IMG/VR virus record: IMGVR_UViG_3300028731_000007
Coordinates: 6,062-70,061 of that record
DNA: 64,000 bases
Reading direction: 5' to 3' (one strand)
Source: a virus
The notes under the pieces are model-generated. The model ran no database searches. It saw only the letters and a list, made by a program, of their open reading frames with translations, and was not told where the DNA came from. Both the position numbers and the translations under genes were made by a program. Shown here one piece after another: positions 19,230 through 28,188 of this stretch (position 1 is its first letter; every line of letters starts with the position of its first letter).

Positions 19230-19351
19230 GAAGTAAGTTAAGGCGCAAATGCGCTATCTGTTGGTGGCTAGTCCTAGTATTTGTGGTTGTCCCAATATCG
19301 ACTTATTTATATGTAGCAGCGGTCTTAACCGAGGGTTCTCAATATGAATAG
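19226..19351 (+). CDS. Small membrane protein (41 aa)
   Basis: MRSKLRRKCAICWWLVLVFVVVPISTYLYVAAVLTEGSQYE*; basic N-terminus plus one hydrophobic helix; ATGA overlap. Confidence 0.5.
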   Translation: MRSKLRRKCAICWWLVLVFVVVPISTYLYVAAVLTEGSQYE

Positions 19352-19517
19352 TCGACAACGTAGGGTTAACCGCCGAGCTGATCTAAGAAAACCTTATTGC
19401 TTTGTTCTTGAGCCAGAACACGATTTCTATGAAAGACTAGTGGCTGACTATATTGAACCCGACGAACCTATAGCTAAGGACAGACCGCTATTAAAAGGCG
19501 AGTTAGGAACGATCTAG
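19344..19517 (+). CDS. Small hypothetical protein (57 aa)
   Basis: Open ATG 19344 to TAG 19517, GAGG upstream. Confidence 0.55.
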   Translation: MNSRQRRVNRRADLRKPYCFVLEPEHDFYERLVADYIEPDEPIAKDRPLLKGELGTI

Positions 19518-19561
19518 GTTATCAGGTTATCTATTAAACTAAATAAATATAGGTTTCAGCT

Positions 19562-20560
19562 ATGATTTATATGGGAAGTAAAGCGAGTTTCGGCAAAGAA
19601 ATAATGAGGACTATGCTGTCCAGCAGACCAGATGCTACAGTTTATGTAGAGCCATTTGCCGGTGGTATGAACATGATGAAATATGCTCCACCAACAATGA
19701 AAAGAATCGGGAATGACATTAATGAATTCCTGATTGCCATGTGGAGAGCATTGGATAAGGGCTGGACCCCACCTAAGTTCGTTAGTCGTGCACTCTAAGT
19801 AGAGTGCAAAGCTAATCACTATGCACGGTCAGCGGCCCTAACCAGCTACATTGGGTTTGGTTGTACTTTTGGTAGTGCATGGTTTAGTAGTTATTTAGAC
19901 AAAGGTAAATTCAAAGACGGTAGTGTACGTAACTATCAAGCTGAGGCCTTAAAAAGTATACTCAAACAACTTCCGGCCCTAACGGATGTTGAGTTCTTAA
20001 ACAAAAGTTACTCGGATTTGGAAATACCTGACGGTGCTTTAGTATATTGTGATCCCCCCTATGAAGGAACTGCAGGTTATAAAGATGCATTTGACAACTC
20101 CAAGTTCTGGACCTGGGTTAGAAAACTTTCATTAAGATGTACTGTCTTTGTCTCTGAATATAAGGCTCCACCAGATTTTAATTGTGTTTGGAGTAAAAAT
20201 AGAAAAGTGACTCTGCATAATGCTTCTAACAAAATATCCAAACAAAGAGTAGAAAAACTATTTGTCTGGAGCGGAGCATCAATCAGAAAAGAGGAGAATG
20301 CTATTTTGATTCTGTGGACTGAACCCTTAGTTGAGACTAAAGCTTTCTTAATTGAGCCTAAGTCCGATAAGCAACGTCAGAAACTTTTATCTTTGAATAA
20401 TCGATTCGTCAATGACTCAAATCTAGATTAAAAGCATCTGGTCTACCAGTTGAATGAAAGAGTTCAAGATCAAGATCCAACACTGAATAAATACAGGGTT
20501 GATTATCCCTTGGCTTTAAACCAACCATTAACTGTTGTCCATTGTGGAATTATTGACTAG
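19562..20560 (+). pseudogene. Dam-like (D12 class) DNA adenine methyltransferase interrupted by in-frame TAA, fused in frame to a second interrupted small ORF
   Basis: One frame carries YMGSKA, VEPFAGG, DINE, TAA 19796-19798, 73 further sense codons, then CDPPY; second TAA 20429-20431 followed by 42 sense codons to TAG 20558-20560. Confidence 0.8.
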
Positions 20561-20598
20561 CAGTAAATAAGAGTAGAGCAACATAAAAGGATTAAGGT

Positions 20599-21957
20599 AT
20601 GGCCCGATTAGTTAGCCTGAAAGCAGAGTTAGCAGTGCTTAGAGGTATGTGTAGCAAGAATAAAAAGATAGCGGGGGCCCTACTCTCAAATACAGACGAA
20701 TCATATTTTTACTCAGAAGAAAGTGTAGAACTCTACCAGGCAATCAAGCGGCATATGCATGAATCGGGGACAGCCCCCAGCTACAGACTGCTTATTGAAG
20801 ACCCGGAAATCAGTGAAGACGCAAGATCCCACATGCGGGATAGCCAGGCATCAGTGCTAACTGTTGAAGACGCTGATAAAGCTGCACGCATCCTCAACCG
20901 TTATCGTCAGACACGTGGACTCTTCAACTTAGCCTCCCACATCAATGATGCGATGAAGGGTTCCCGTCTCAATATTGATAACCTGTTAGAGGACTCGGCA
21001 ACGGCCATCAATATTGTACGGAGCAAGAAGTCTAATAACGATGCTTTCACCCATTTCGGGCGCAACAACAACTCGAAAGAACTGGTTCATGATATTCTGT
21101 ACGGCGATAACTCAGAGGACTTAATACCGTCTGGCATTGAAGCCTTTGACGAAGTGAACGGAGGATTTGCCAGAGGCTCTTTAGTTACTGCTGGTGCCAA
21201 CTCAGGTGGGGGTAAATCAGTTTTAGCCGGTGCCATGGGTCTGAAGATGGCGGCTTTAGGCTACAAGGTATTGTTCGTTCCCTTGGAAATGTCTGAGAAA
21301 GAAATGACTCAGCGTATCTTGGCAAACGTAACAAAGACCAATCTAACAAAGATCATTAGACAGCAGTTAGCAACAGGTGAACGAGATTTAGTATTCAAGC
21401 GTCAACGACGTTGGGAACGTAGAGTCAAAGAAGCTGGTGGTCGATTCACTATATTTAAGCCTCGTGAGGACATGAATATTGAGGAGATCATGGCTGCAAC
21501 CGCTGCCTACCAGTGTGATGTGATGATCATTGATTATATTTCACTTTTGAAAGGTGTAGACGGTGACGATCAGTGGCGGGCCTTAGGGTCAGTTGCTCGT
21601 TATGCTAAGATCAATGCCGAAATAGAAGGTCGCGTAAATATTTTATTGTGTCAAGTTAGCGATGATGGCAAGATCCGTTATGCGCGAGCCATAAGCGAGC
21701 ACAGCAGCAATTCTTTAATTTGGATTAATTCAAAAGAACAAAAAGAATCGGGCATTACCCGTATTGAACAACCTAAGTCCCGTAATTCTATGGCCTTTCC
21801 TTTCTCTGTCAAGTTCGTATGGGACCAGATGAGAATTGAAAGGGCACCTACAGACGAAAGTTTGGGTGCAGTTGAGCATCCGCCAGGATCAGATGCCGAG
21901 GACCCCAAAAAGGCCCCAAAAAGGCGGAAAATGCCCAACCTTGCCACTGATACATGA
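20599..21957 (+). CDS. dnaB: DnaB-like replicative helicase
   Basis: GANSGGGKS Walker A, LEMSEKEM..RI, IIDYI.L, LCQ, KSRN; AAGGA RBS. Confidence 0.9.
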   Translation: MARLVSLKAELAVLRGMCSKNKKIAGALLSNTDESYFYSEESVELYQAIKRHMHESGTAPSYRLLIEDPEISEDARSHMRDSQASVLTVEDADKAARILNRYRQTRGLFNLASHINDAMKGSRLNIDNLLEDSATAINIVRSKKSNNDAFTHFGRNNNSKELVHDILYGDNSEDLIPSGIEAFDEVNGGFARGSLVTAGANSGGGKSVLAGAMGLKMAALGYKVLFVPLEMSEKEMTQRILANVTKTNLTKIIRQQLATGERDLVFKRQRRWERRVKEAGGRFTIFKPREDMNIEEIMAATAAYQCDVMIIDYISLLKGVDGDDQWRALGSVARYAKINAEIEGRVNILLCQVSDDGKIRYARAISEHSSNSLIWINSKEQKESGITRIEQPKSRNSMAFPFSVKFVWDQMRIERAPTDESLGAVEHPPGSDAEDPKKAPKRRKMPNLATDT

Positions 21958-22056
21958 TCCTCAATTTAGGGTCGCCACGGGCCTCAAAAGGGCCTTAAAA
22001 CAGCACGTGGCGTGGCAAGGCACTGCATGTTTCATGCTCCAATTTAGAGAAAAACA

Positions 22057-22299
22057 ATGACAAACGTTATTAATTTTTGTAGGCCAGTCATTAGTCCCAA
22101 ACCTAAGGTAGAATTCAGCAAGTGGAACGGTGGGCCCGGGCCCTGCCCTGTTTCCAAAGACCAAGTTGTGCGGGTAGTCCTACGCAACGGAAAAATTATG
22201 ACTATCAGCGCATGTGCTTTAACTTGGGAACATCGGGGCTTACCTTCCGATATAGTAGGATGGTCCGTAAGTCTAGAGCTGGATGCGTCTAAATACTAA
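22057..22299 (+). CDS. Hypothetical protein
   Basis: KWNGG..PCPV...V.V.LRNG motif common in small phage proteins. Confidence 0.7.
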   Translation: MTNVINFCRPVISPKPKVEFSKWNGGPGPCPVSKDQVVRVVLRNGKIMTISACALTWEHRGLPSDIVGWSVSLELDASKY

Positions 22300-22316
22300 G
22301 TTTAAAAATCAGGAAT

Positions 22317-22664
22317 TTGGTTATGCCAAAAATTAAGACTTATGTTCAAACTAAAGTTCATGTCGAAATAGACGTTGAATTTCCGTTTTACCGCAAAATT
22401 CGTGATGTCCACCATTCGGATTACTACAACGAAGATACCTATGTAAAGATCGAGGAGACTAGAACAATAACCTTGGTTTTCCGAACGGGTTGCGGCTATC
22501 CTGGAGACTATGAAAAGACTTCAATTCTAGTTGGGGCTACTAGTCTTGAGAACTATGGGATAGCTTATCTGAAAGGTACTGCGGATAACATGCTTACTGC
22601 GTCCGAGTTTAAGGCTAAATTAGCTGAAGCTTTGTCAGACATATCCCTAGCCGACCTAGACTGA
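22317..22664 (+). CDS. Hypothetical protein
   Basis: AGGA RBS; ORF fills the gap before the terminator. Confidence 0.65.
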   Translation: MVMPKIKTYVQTKVHVEIDVEFPFYRKIRDVHHSDYYNEDTYVKIEETRTITLVFRTGCGYPGDYEKTSILVGATSLENYGIAYLKGTADNMLTASEFKAKLAEALSDISLADLD

Positions 22665-22759
22665 ACAGATTAAGATTAGAAATGACCAACGTTATCAATT
22701 TTTGTATGTCAAGGCCCCCGACCATATACAAACATTAAAAGCGTGCGTGCTCTAAATAA

Positions 22760-22800
22760 AAAAGGGACTACACAATCAAATGTGTAGTCCCTTTTCTTTT
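22760..22800. terminator. Bidirectional intrinsic terminator
   Basis: AAAAGGGACTACACA-atcaaa-TGTGTAGTCCCTTTT between convergent genes. Confidence 0.85.
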
Positions 22801-22811
22801 AGTCTCTCAGT

Positions 22812-23573
22812 TTATGTGCTACGCTCTACGGTCCAAAAACTATCTGATAACGTTGGGTCTAGTACAAAGGCAAAGGGAAGCCAGAAATAGCCGTCTAGTC
22901 CCCATTTAATGCCCCAACTATTGCGGACCAGAAACATACGGGTATTTAAATCGTAGCCCACCATTAATACAGCGTGACCGCCTAAGCATTTTTCTTTTGT
23001 ATTATCGGGCATAGGTACTATCCCCGTCTTTGCTACAACTTCGTTCTCAAACGATTCGTAGACAACGATACCGAACACAATAGGACGACCTTCACTTAAG
23101 AAATGAAGAATCGTATTTTCGTGCTGGCTAATCTTTGTACATTTTAGGGCTCTACGTTTTAATCCATCAATATAGGCATCAGCTGAGGGTTTAGCCTTAA
23201 AATGATGAACGTTATAGGGCCAGACGGCCTCTTCACATACGCCGTAAGTCTTGAGTGCTTGTATGCCATCAGCGATCTGGGCCCCAGCGTCTTGTCTGGT
23301 TGTCCCCTCAATTAATCGTTCGTTGTAATAAACAAAGTTGCGACTTAACCGGGTGAACTTCTGATGCTGAACCAGTTCTAAGTGCTCCATTGCACCAATG
23401 AATGCGTGACCCGTACACGAGCCCTCCGATTCTTGATTCTCTACCGGACTACACTTAGGACGTAGATCAACTGTTCGCGGAACATCCACAGGATTAGCAA
23501 CAGCGAATACTGGAGTCCTTGAGTCATAACTATCTCTCACTCTGCTATATTCTCTACTCATCGTTAGCCCCAT
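22812..23573 (-). CDS. Papain-like (C1A) cysteine peptidase
   Basis: VDLR, NQESEGSCTGHA (Gln and catalytic Cys), LSRNFVYY, GGHAV (His), VRNSWG (Asn). Confidence 0.9.
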   Translation of the reverse strand: MGLTMSREYSRVRDSYDSRTPVFAVANPVDVPRTVDLRPKCSPVENQESEGSCTGHAFIGAMEHLELVQHQKFTRLSRNFVYYNERLIEGTTRQDAGAQIADGIQALKTYGVCEEAVWPYNVHHFKAKPSADAYIDGLKRRALKCTKISQHENTILHFLSEGRPIVFGIVVYESFENEVVAKTGIVPMPDNTKEKCLGGHAVLMVGYDLNTRMFLVRNSWGIKWGLDGYFWLPFAFVLDPTLSDSFWTVERST

Positions 23574-23587
23574 AAATAATAATGAAC

Positions 23588-23625
23588 AAAAGAAAAGGGC
23601 TACACCTAGTGAAAGATGCAGCCCT
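23588..23625 (-). terminator. Intrinsic terminator
   Basis: Minus strand AGGGCTGCATCT-ttcact-AGGTGTAGCCCT (12 bp with G-U pairs) followed by TTTCTTTT. Confidence 0.8.
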
Positions 23626-23653
23626 ATAGTTAAGCTTTTGGTCTAAAACTGGT

Positions 23654-24412
23654 TCAAGCAGTAGTGCCTTCATTTACCTGAGAAATTACGTCGCTCAAAT
23701 AAGCAGGATCGTAAGAATACAACTGCTTCCAATATTCTATAGCCTTTGCCTTGTCAGCACGACTAATACCAGCCTTCACCATCTTTTCGTTAAACGACTT
23801 CATGACCGGAACCTGAGCAATCGAGGTCACCAGATCATAGCTAACTGTAGTCGCCAGATTAGTAGTTGAGGATACAACCTGTACCTTTTCACTATTGGCC
23901 TGGACAGCAAACCCATAGTCCATGTCCCCGCTTTTAGCCACAAACGAAACGAATTCACCCGGTGCTGCTGAGGCCATAGACAACTGAGCTAGGCGTGGTA
24001 CATCGGGGCGACGGCTGACCGTGGCTTCAACCAGTTCCGACAGATCTTCATGACCGTGACGTGCCAGATATTTGCCACTCTTACCTTCACGTACTTCCCA
24101 CAGTGACTTGTCTTTATTATCCATCATGATATTCGAGCTCATGACACGATAACTAGCCCGTACTTCTTTTTCATTCAAGACTCGCACTTCTTTGTGAGCA
24201 CGAATAAAACCAACAGCTACACCAGCCTTAATAATACGGAAACTGTCTTCAACGATAGCTGCTAAATGACTAAACTTGGATCCAACTGATGCACGAATGC
24301 TGTCTTTAGTTTGCTGACCCGTAAACGAGACAATAACCTTGGCTAGGGTTGGAGTTTTCATCTCGAAATCGGTAACAGCTACGGTAGACGTTTGAATATA
24401 ATCGTTGTTCAT
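23654..24412 (-). CDS. Hypothetical protein, probably virion head-associated
   Basis: AAGGA RBS, AATTTAAT upstream, IRA/VRA sites. Confidence 0.7.
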   Translation of the reverse strand: MNNDYIQTSTVAVTDFEMKTPTLAKVIVSFTGQQTKDSIRASVGSKFSHLAAIVEDSFRIIKAGVAVGFIRAHKEVRVLNEKEVRASYRVMSSNIMMDNKDKSLWEVREGKSGKYLARHGHEDLSELVEATVSRRPDVPRLAQLSMASAAPGEFVSFVAKSGDMDYGFAVQANSEKVQVVSSTTNLATTVSYDLVTSIAQVPVMKSFNEKMVKAGISRADKAKAIEYWKQLYSYDPAYLSDVISQVNEGTTA

Positions 24413-24491
24413 TTTTAATCCTTATTGCGAAAGGGAGAGTACAGATTGTGAACCTCTAAGGGTTATCATTAAATTGTGGAACGTAGAACTA

Positions 24492-24848
24492 CTATTTAGC
24501 GTTGATAATGCCAACCAATTTGTAGTAGCCATTGGTGTTACAGATAAACTGCAGATTTTTAATTTTTGACAGGTCCTTCATCAAATTATGGATTTCTAAG
24601 ATTCCGCTAGGGTCCCAAGACGTACCTCTGAGGCCCGGAATACTGCTTTTACTAGCCTTCAAATAGATCGATATGACATTATCCGCTTCTTCACCATAAC
24701 TAACTCCATCAATAATATGGTGCTTGGAGAATTCATGTTTCAAAAGTTCAGCAATTTCTGGATTTGAGGCCTCAAGTTGTGCAAAACCTGGATCGCGACT
24801 AATATCTGTTGCCACTAATCTTTGTGCTGCATTAACTTTGATGTTCAT
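24492..24848 (-). CDS. Hypothetical protein with N-terminal AAxRL motif
   Basis: MNIKVNAAQRLVA. Confidence 0.7.
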   Translation of the reverse strand: MNIKVNAAQRLVATDISRDPGFAQLEASNPEIAELLKHEFSKHHIIDGVSYGEEADNVISIYLKASKSSIPGLRGTSWDPSGILEIHNLMKDLSKIKNLQFICNTNGYYKLVGIINAK

Positions 24849-26170
24849 TTGCTATCCTTTGATTGTTGATCAAGTTCCTCTTGTGCTTTGGTCCACGCAG
24901 CGTCAGGTATATCACCTGACTCAACGTAGTCAGCAATTGCATCAATCACTTTACCTACAAGTTCGTCGTCCAGTTTATCGCTAGTTTCGGCTGTAATCAG
25001 TCTTGAAGCAATGCTTAAGGTTAGTGAACTATGGACACCATGTCGACTATTTTTGGTGCCTGGTCCACCTTGACGTTGACGGCGGTCTATTTCTTCGTCG
25101 CTTAATGTATCATATTCGTGTTTGGATAGCGGTACCCAATCGCCGTTTTTCCAATATCCATATTTATTTGCTTCAGCTTCTTCATCTGACCACCCTTTCT
25201 TTCTAGGCTTATCGTTTCCTAGTTTCTTAATGCTCGATCCAGCACCGACCACACCTTTCTTTACCAGACTATATATTGCCGGTGCACCCAAGTGCTTAAC
25301 AGCCATGAAAGCTACTAGTCCAACACCACCTGAGGCACCCAGTACACCAGCCATAGCTGCACTGCCTAGGATATTACCGACCATTGATGCAATCTTCTTT
25401 ACATCGCCTTCCTGCGTCTTACCATTCAATAGTCTGTGAGTTGCACCAATACCCGATAGTAGGCCTCCACCGTCCCTTATAATGCCTCTAATCAACCCTT
25501 TCTTCTTAGCCTCAGCTTTAACCTTGGAAGCTGCGGTTTTGCGTTGTGGACTACTTGGTTTCTTATCCTCTGGTGTTATTTTGGGTTTACTGCTTTTAGT
25601 AGGTGCTTTAACCGGCACCTTAGACTGGGGTTTTGGTTCAGGACTATCCACTCCTGACTTGTCCTTAGCTTCAGGTTTCCCTTTAGCTTTAGGTTCAGGA
25701 GCAGAATTGGGTTCAGGTTTCAACAAATCTTTCTTATTCTGCTCAAATTTCTCTTGTTCGGTTTTGGGTGCGGGTGTGGCTGCGGGTTTCTGCTTCTGAG
25801 TTTCGCTTATTGATTTAGGCAACGTCTTCTGATCCCTGGTCACGGTCACCGGCTGATTACGATCAGTGGGTCTAGATTTGGGTTTATTGTCCTCAGATTT
25901 TATGTCATCCGCGTACTTGGAACCCGGATGTTCCTCAACGTAGTCTTCTTGTTCTGGTTTTGAGAGCTTATCAAACCATTCTTCATTGAGTTTGTATTCT
26001 TTGTCGGGTTGAGGGTTATTGACCTTATAGAATTTATTAGGCTGATTCTTTTTGACTGGCTTTTTAGTCTCTAACGGCTGAGGTCTAGTGCTCTGCATTT
26101 GAGCCTGCCCCGTAGGTGCTGCACTAATAGTTTGGGTGCTCAATAATCGAAAAGCAGCGTTGAGTTTCAT
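24845..26170 (-). CDS. Putative internal virion protein: K/P-rich region plus hydrophobic segment; AAxRL motif
   Basis: MKLNAAFRLLS; low-complexity basic N-terminal half; Gly/Ala-rich hydrophobic stretch IASMVGNILGSAAMAGVLGASGGVGLVAFMAV. Confidence 0.7.
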   Translation of the reverse strand: MKLNAAFRLLSTQTISAAPTGQAQMQSTRPQPLETKKPVKKNQPNKFYKVNNPQPDKEYKLNEEWFDKLSKPEQEDYVEEHPGSKYADDIKSEDNKPKSRPTDRNQPVTVTRDQKTLPKSISETQKQKPAATPAPKTEQEKFEQNKKDLLKPEPNSAPEPKAKGKPEAKDKSGVDSPEPKPQSKVPVKAPTKSSKPKITPEDKKPSSPQRKTAASKVKAEAKKKGLIRGIIRDGGGLLSGIGATHRLLNGKTQEGDVKKIASMVGNILGSAAMAGVLGASGGVGLVAFMAVKHLGAPAIYSLVKKGVVGAGSSIKKLGNDKPRKKGWSDEEAEANKYGYWKNGDWVPLSKHEYDTLSDEEIDRRQRQGGPGTKNSRHGVHSSLTLSIASRLITAETSDKLDDELVGKVIDAIADYVESGDIPDAAWTKAQEELDQQSKDSK

Positions 26171-26215
26171 TGTTGTTCCTGATCATAATTTGGTCCATAA
26201 CTATTCGGCGCATAA

Positions 26216-27118
26216 TCAAATTTGTAGATAGCTAAGAGACTTCGAAAAGTACATTAATTCTTTACCTTTTCTTAAGCTTGCATGCGCACTATACGCAAGG
26301 TCAATTTCATGCCCCGCCCCCGCACTGGCCTTATAGCATTCTTTTATCAAGGGGTGACTGTCATAGGACATAATCCAAGGAAGCTTTAATTTCTTCTGTA
26401 CCCACGTAGCGAGTCTTCTATGGTCAGCCTCTTTATACGCATCTGTGTATAGACCCGGACCTTTCTCAACGTAAGGAGGGTCTAGATATACTAATGAATT
26501 CTTTGGTACTTGTGACTGTATACCAGACATAAAGTCCAAGGCATCTAAATTATAGATACCTATACGGGACTTGAGTTTCCCAATAGTCTGAATTCGTTTT
26601 ATGAGTCCATCTTTGTTGTAACGAGCATCTAATTTATATGTTCCAGCCTGTTGTTTTCCGCCGATAACACCAGCCTTTAGGATCCCAGATCTGTTCACCC
26701 TATTAAGAAAGAATGTAGCAAAACCTAGGTTTAGAAGAGGGGCTTTATTTCTGTTCAACCAAGTCTCACGTTGAAGATACCAAGTGTCCATGGTGCAAGG
26801 CACTGTTTCGATAAGAGAGCACAAAGCATCTGGTTTACGAATACAGCTATACCAAAATGCATAAATCGCTCTATCGTAGTCGTTGAGATGAATCGCGCTA
26901 ACTGAATCAGTCAGCAATAAGCCTAGTGCTAATCCGGCTCCGCCACAGAAAGGTTCTATGTAGTGCCCGCTCTTTAACTTATTGTTGGCTATTAGTTTTT
27001 GAAAATACGGGAGTAGTTGAGACTTCCCACCGGGGTATCTTAAAGGTGTGTAATTAGTAATTTTCTTTCCTAGATTAGTCCACAACATAGTTGGTTTACT
27101 GCATTCAAGTCGAAGCAC
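26216..27118 (-). CDS. dam: DNA adenine methyltransferase, D12/Dam family (intact)
   Basis: TPLRYPGGKS, IEPFCGGAG, LNDYD, FLNR..RSG, YLDPPY, SYD; target sequence not determinable. Confidence 0.9.
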   Translation of the reverse strand: MLRLECSKPTMLWTNLGKKITNYTPLRYPGGKSQLLPYFQKLIANNKLKSGHYIEPFCGGAGLALGLLLTDSVSAIHLNDYDRAIYAFWYSCIRKPDALCSLIETVPCTMDTWYLQRETWLNRNKAPLLNLGFATFFLNRVNRSGILKAGVIGGKQQAGTYKLDARYNKDGLIKRIQTIGKLKSRIGIYNLDALDFMSGIQSQVPKNSLVYLDPPYVEKGPGLYTDAYKEADHRRLATWVQKKLKLPWIMSYDSHPLIKECYKASAGAGHEIDLAYSAHASLRKGKELMYFSKSLSYLQI

Positions 27119-27169
27119 TGAGCACTAAACTATATTTACTATGTTGTGGAATAAGTCTAACAAAACATT

Positions 27170-27676
27170 TTACACATCTTGAACGTAATCGAAGCTCCAA
27201 CCGATCTGTAGTGTAATCAGATTAGAGGCTCCACCGTCAAGCTCCACCTCGTTCACGGTCTCCGGCCACATACCGTAAACGTTAATAGTTCTACTAACTT
27301 GGGGTAAATCGTTATATACGACTATCTGACCATTTACGCCATATGAAGACTTAAAAGTACCGCTATTATTAAGCCATGAACGGGCGCTTTCAGACCAAGC
27401 ATAAAACTGAGCACGTGTACTCCAGTCAGAGGCTTCCATGAAAGTTGAATTAAAACTTCCCGTGTAAGTCTTCATGCCCGCATAGTTAAGTTTTGTTCCG
27501 TGCAAAGGAACTACAACTTTATCCATTGCAAAGCCAGGAAGGCCAGTGGTCATACATTTCCAGGTTAAGGCCTGTGTAGAACTAGAGCCTGGAATAGCTG
27601 GTAAAAAAAGATCAAAATTCCAAGACTGAGCTGGGTCGGCAACCGCTTGTACATCTGCTAAACTCGAACGTCCCAT
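27170..27676 (-). CDS. Tail tube protein
   Basis: 168 aa; DPAQSWNFDL...C.TTGLPG...G...YTG...TFME...WP..V.E.ELD...I..SFD pattern of T4 gp19-like tubes; GAGG RBS; downstream of sheath. Confidence 0.8.
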   Translation of the reverse strand: MGRSSLADVQAVADPAQSWNFDLFLPAIPGSSSTQALTWKCMTTGLPGFAMDKVVVPLHGTKLNYAGMKTYTGSFNSTFMEASDWSTRAQFYAWSESARSWLNNSGTFKSSYGVNGQIVVYNDLPQVSRTINVYGMWPETVNEVELDGGASNLITLQIGWSFDYVQDV

Positions 27677-27692
27677 AATACACCTCTAGGTT

Positions 27693-27748
27693 TAATGATT
27701 AATGACTAGTGACTAGTGACTAGTGACTAGTGACTAGTGATTGATGAT
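27693..27748. repeat. 7-bp tandem repeat x8 (four perfect TAGTGAC plus degenerate flanks) in the tail tube leader
   Basis: taatgat taatgac tagtgac x4 tagtgat tgatgat. Confidence 0.95.
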
Positions 27749-27776
27749 TAAAATAACAATAGGTTGATCAATCAAA

Positions 27777-28181
27777 TCAACCCAAAATTTGAATAACTGG
27801 ATCCCAACCCTCTCTTAATTCTCGGACTCTGATCAAGCAGTCTTTACCTTTAAATAGATAAGAATTAGGTGGCTCCCCATGGGGTATAGGCTGGGCCTTG
27901 AAATCAAGCATTTGAACGGCCTTTAAAAGCTTCGCGAAATCGCAGTGACAACCTAAGCTAAAGTCCGCTTGGTTCAGGTGCACTCTTAGACCATGCATTT
28001 TCAATAACTGATTTAAGGCTATTGCTTTAACTCCACGGGTGCCTATGTCCGCTACATGCTGTGGATTCTGGCCCTTGAGCTGGTACTTAGGTTCTTCATG
28101 ATAAGTAGCTAGTAATCGATGCCAGGCCTTAGACTTGATAACGACGCCTAGTCGTGGATTAACTGGAATTAAATTTTCCAT
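27777..28181 (-). CDS. Hypothetical protein
   Basis: ATG 28181 avoids overlap with the upstream gene; contains degenerate KAWHRLLA motif. Confidence 0.65.
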   Translation of the reverse strand: MENLIPVNPRLGVVIKSKAWHRLLATYHEEPKYQLKGQNPQHVADIGTRGVKAIALNQLLKMHGLRVHLNQADFSLGCHCDFAKLLKAVQMLDFKAQPIPHGEPPNSYLFKGKDCLIRVRELREGWDPVIQILG

Positions 28182-28188
28182 AAGTGTC

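Noticed and set aside
19796-20431. Genome-wide stop-codon reassignment
   Set aside because: TAA, TAG and TGA all terminate clearly full-length genes elsewhere; interruptions are confined to one locus
20599-21957. Inteins in DnaB or the other helicases
   Set aside because: Lengths are normal and no C-terminal HN-[C/S/T] splice junctions or LAGLIDADG blocks were seen
21836-22060. 74-aa ORF overlapping the DnaB 3' end
   Set aside because: Extensive out-of-frame overlap, no clear RBS; cannot be supported as a gene
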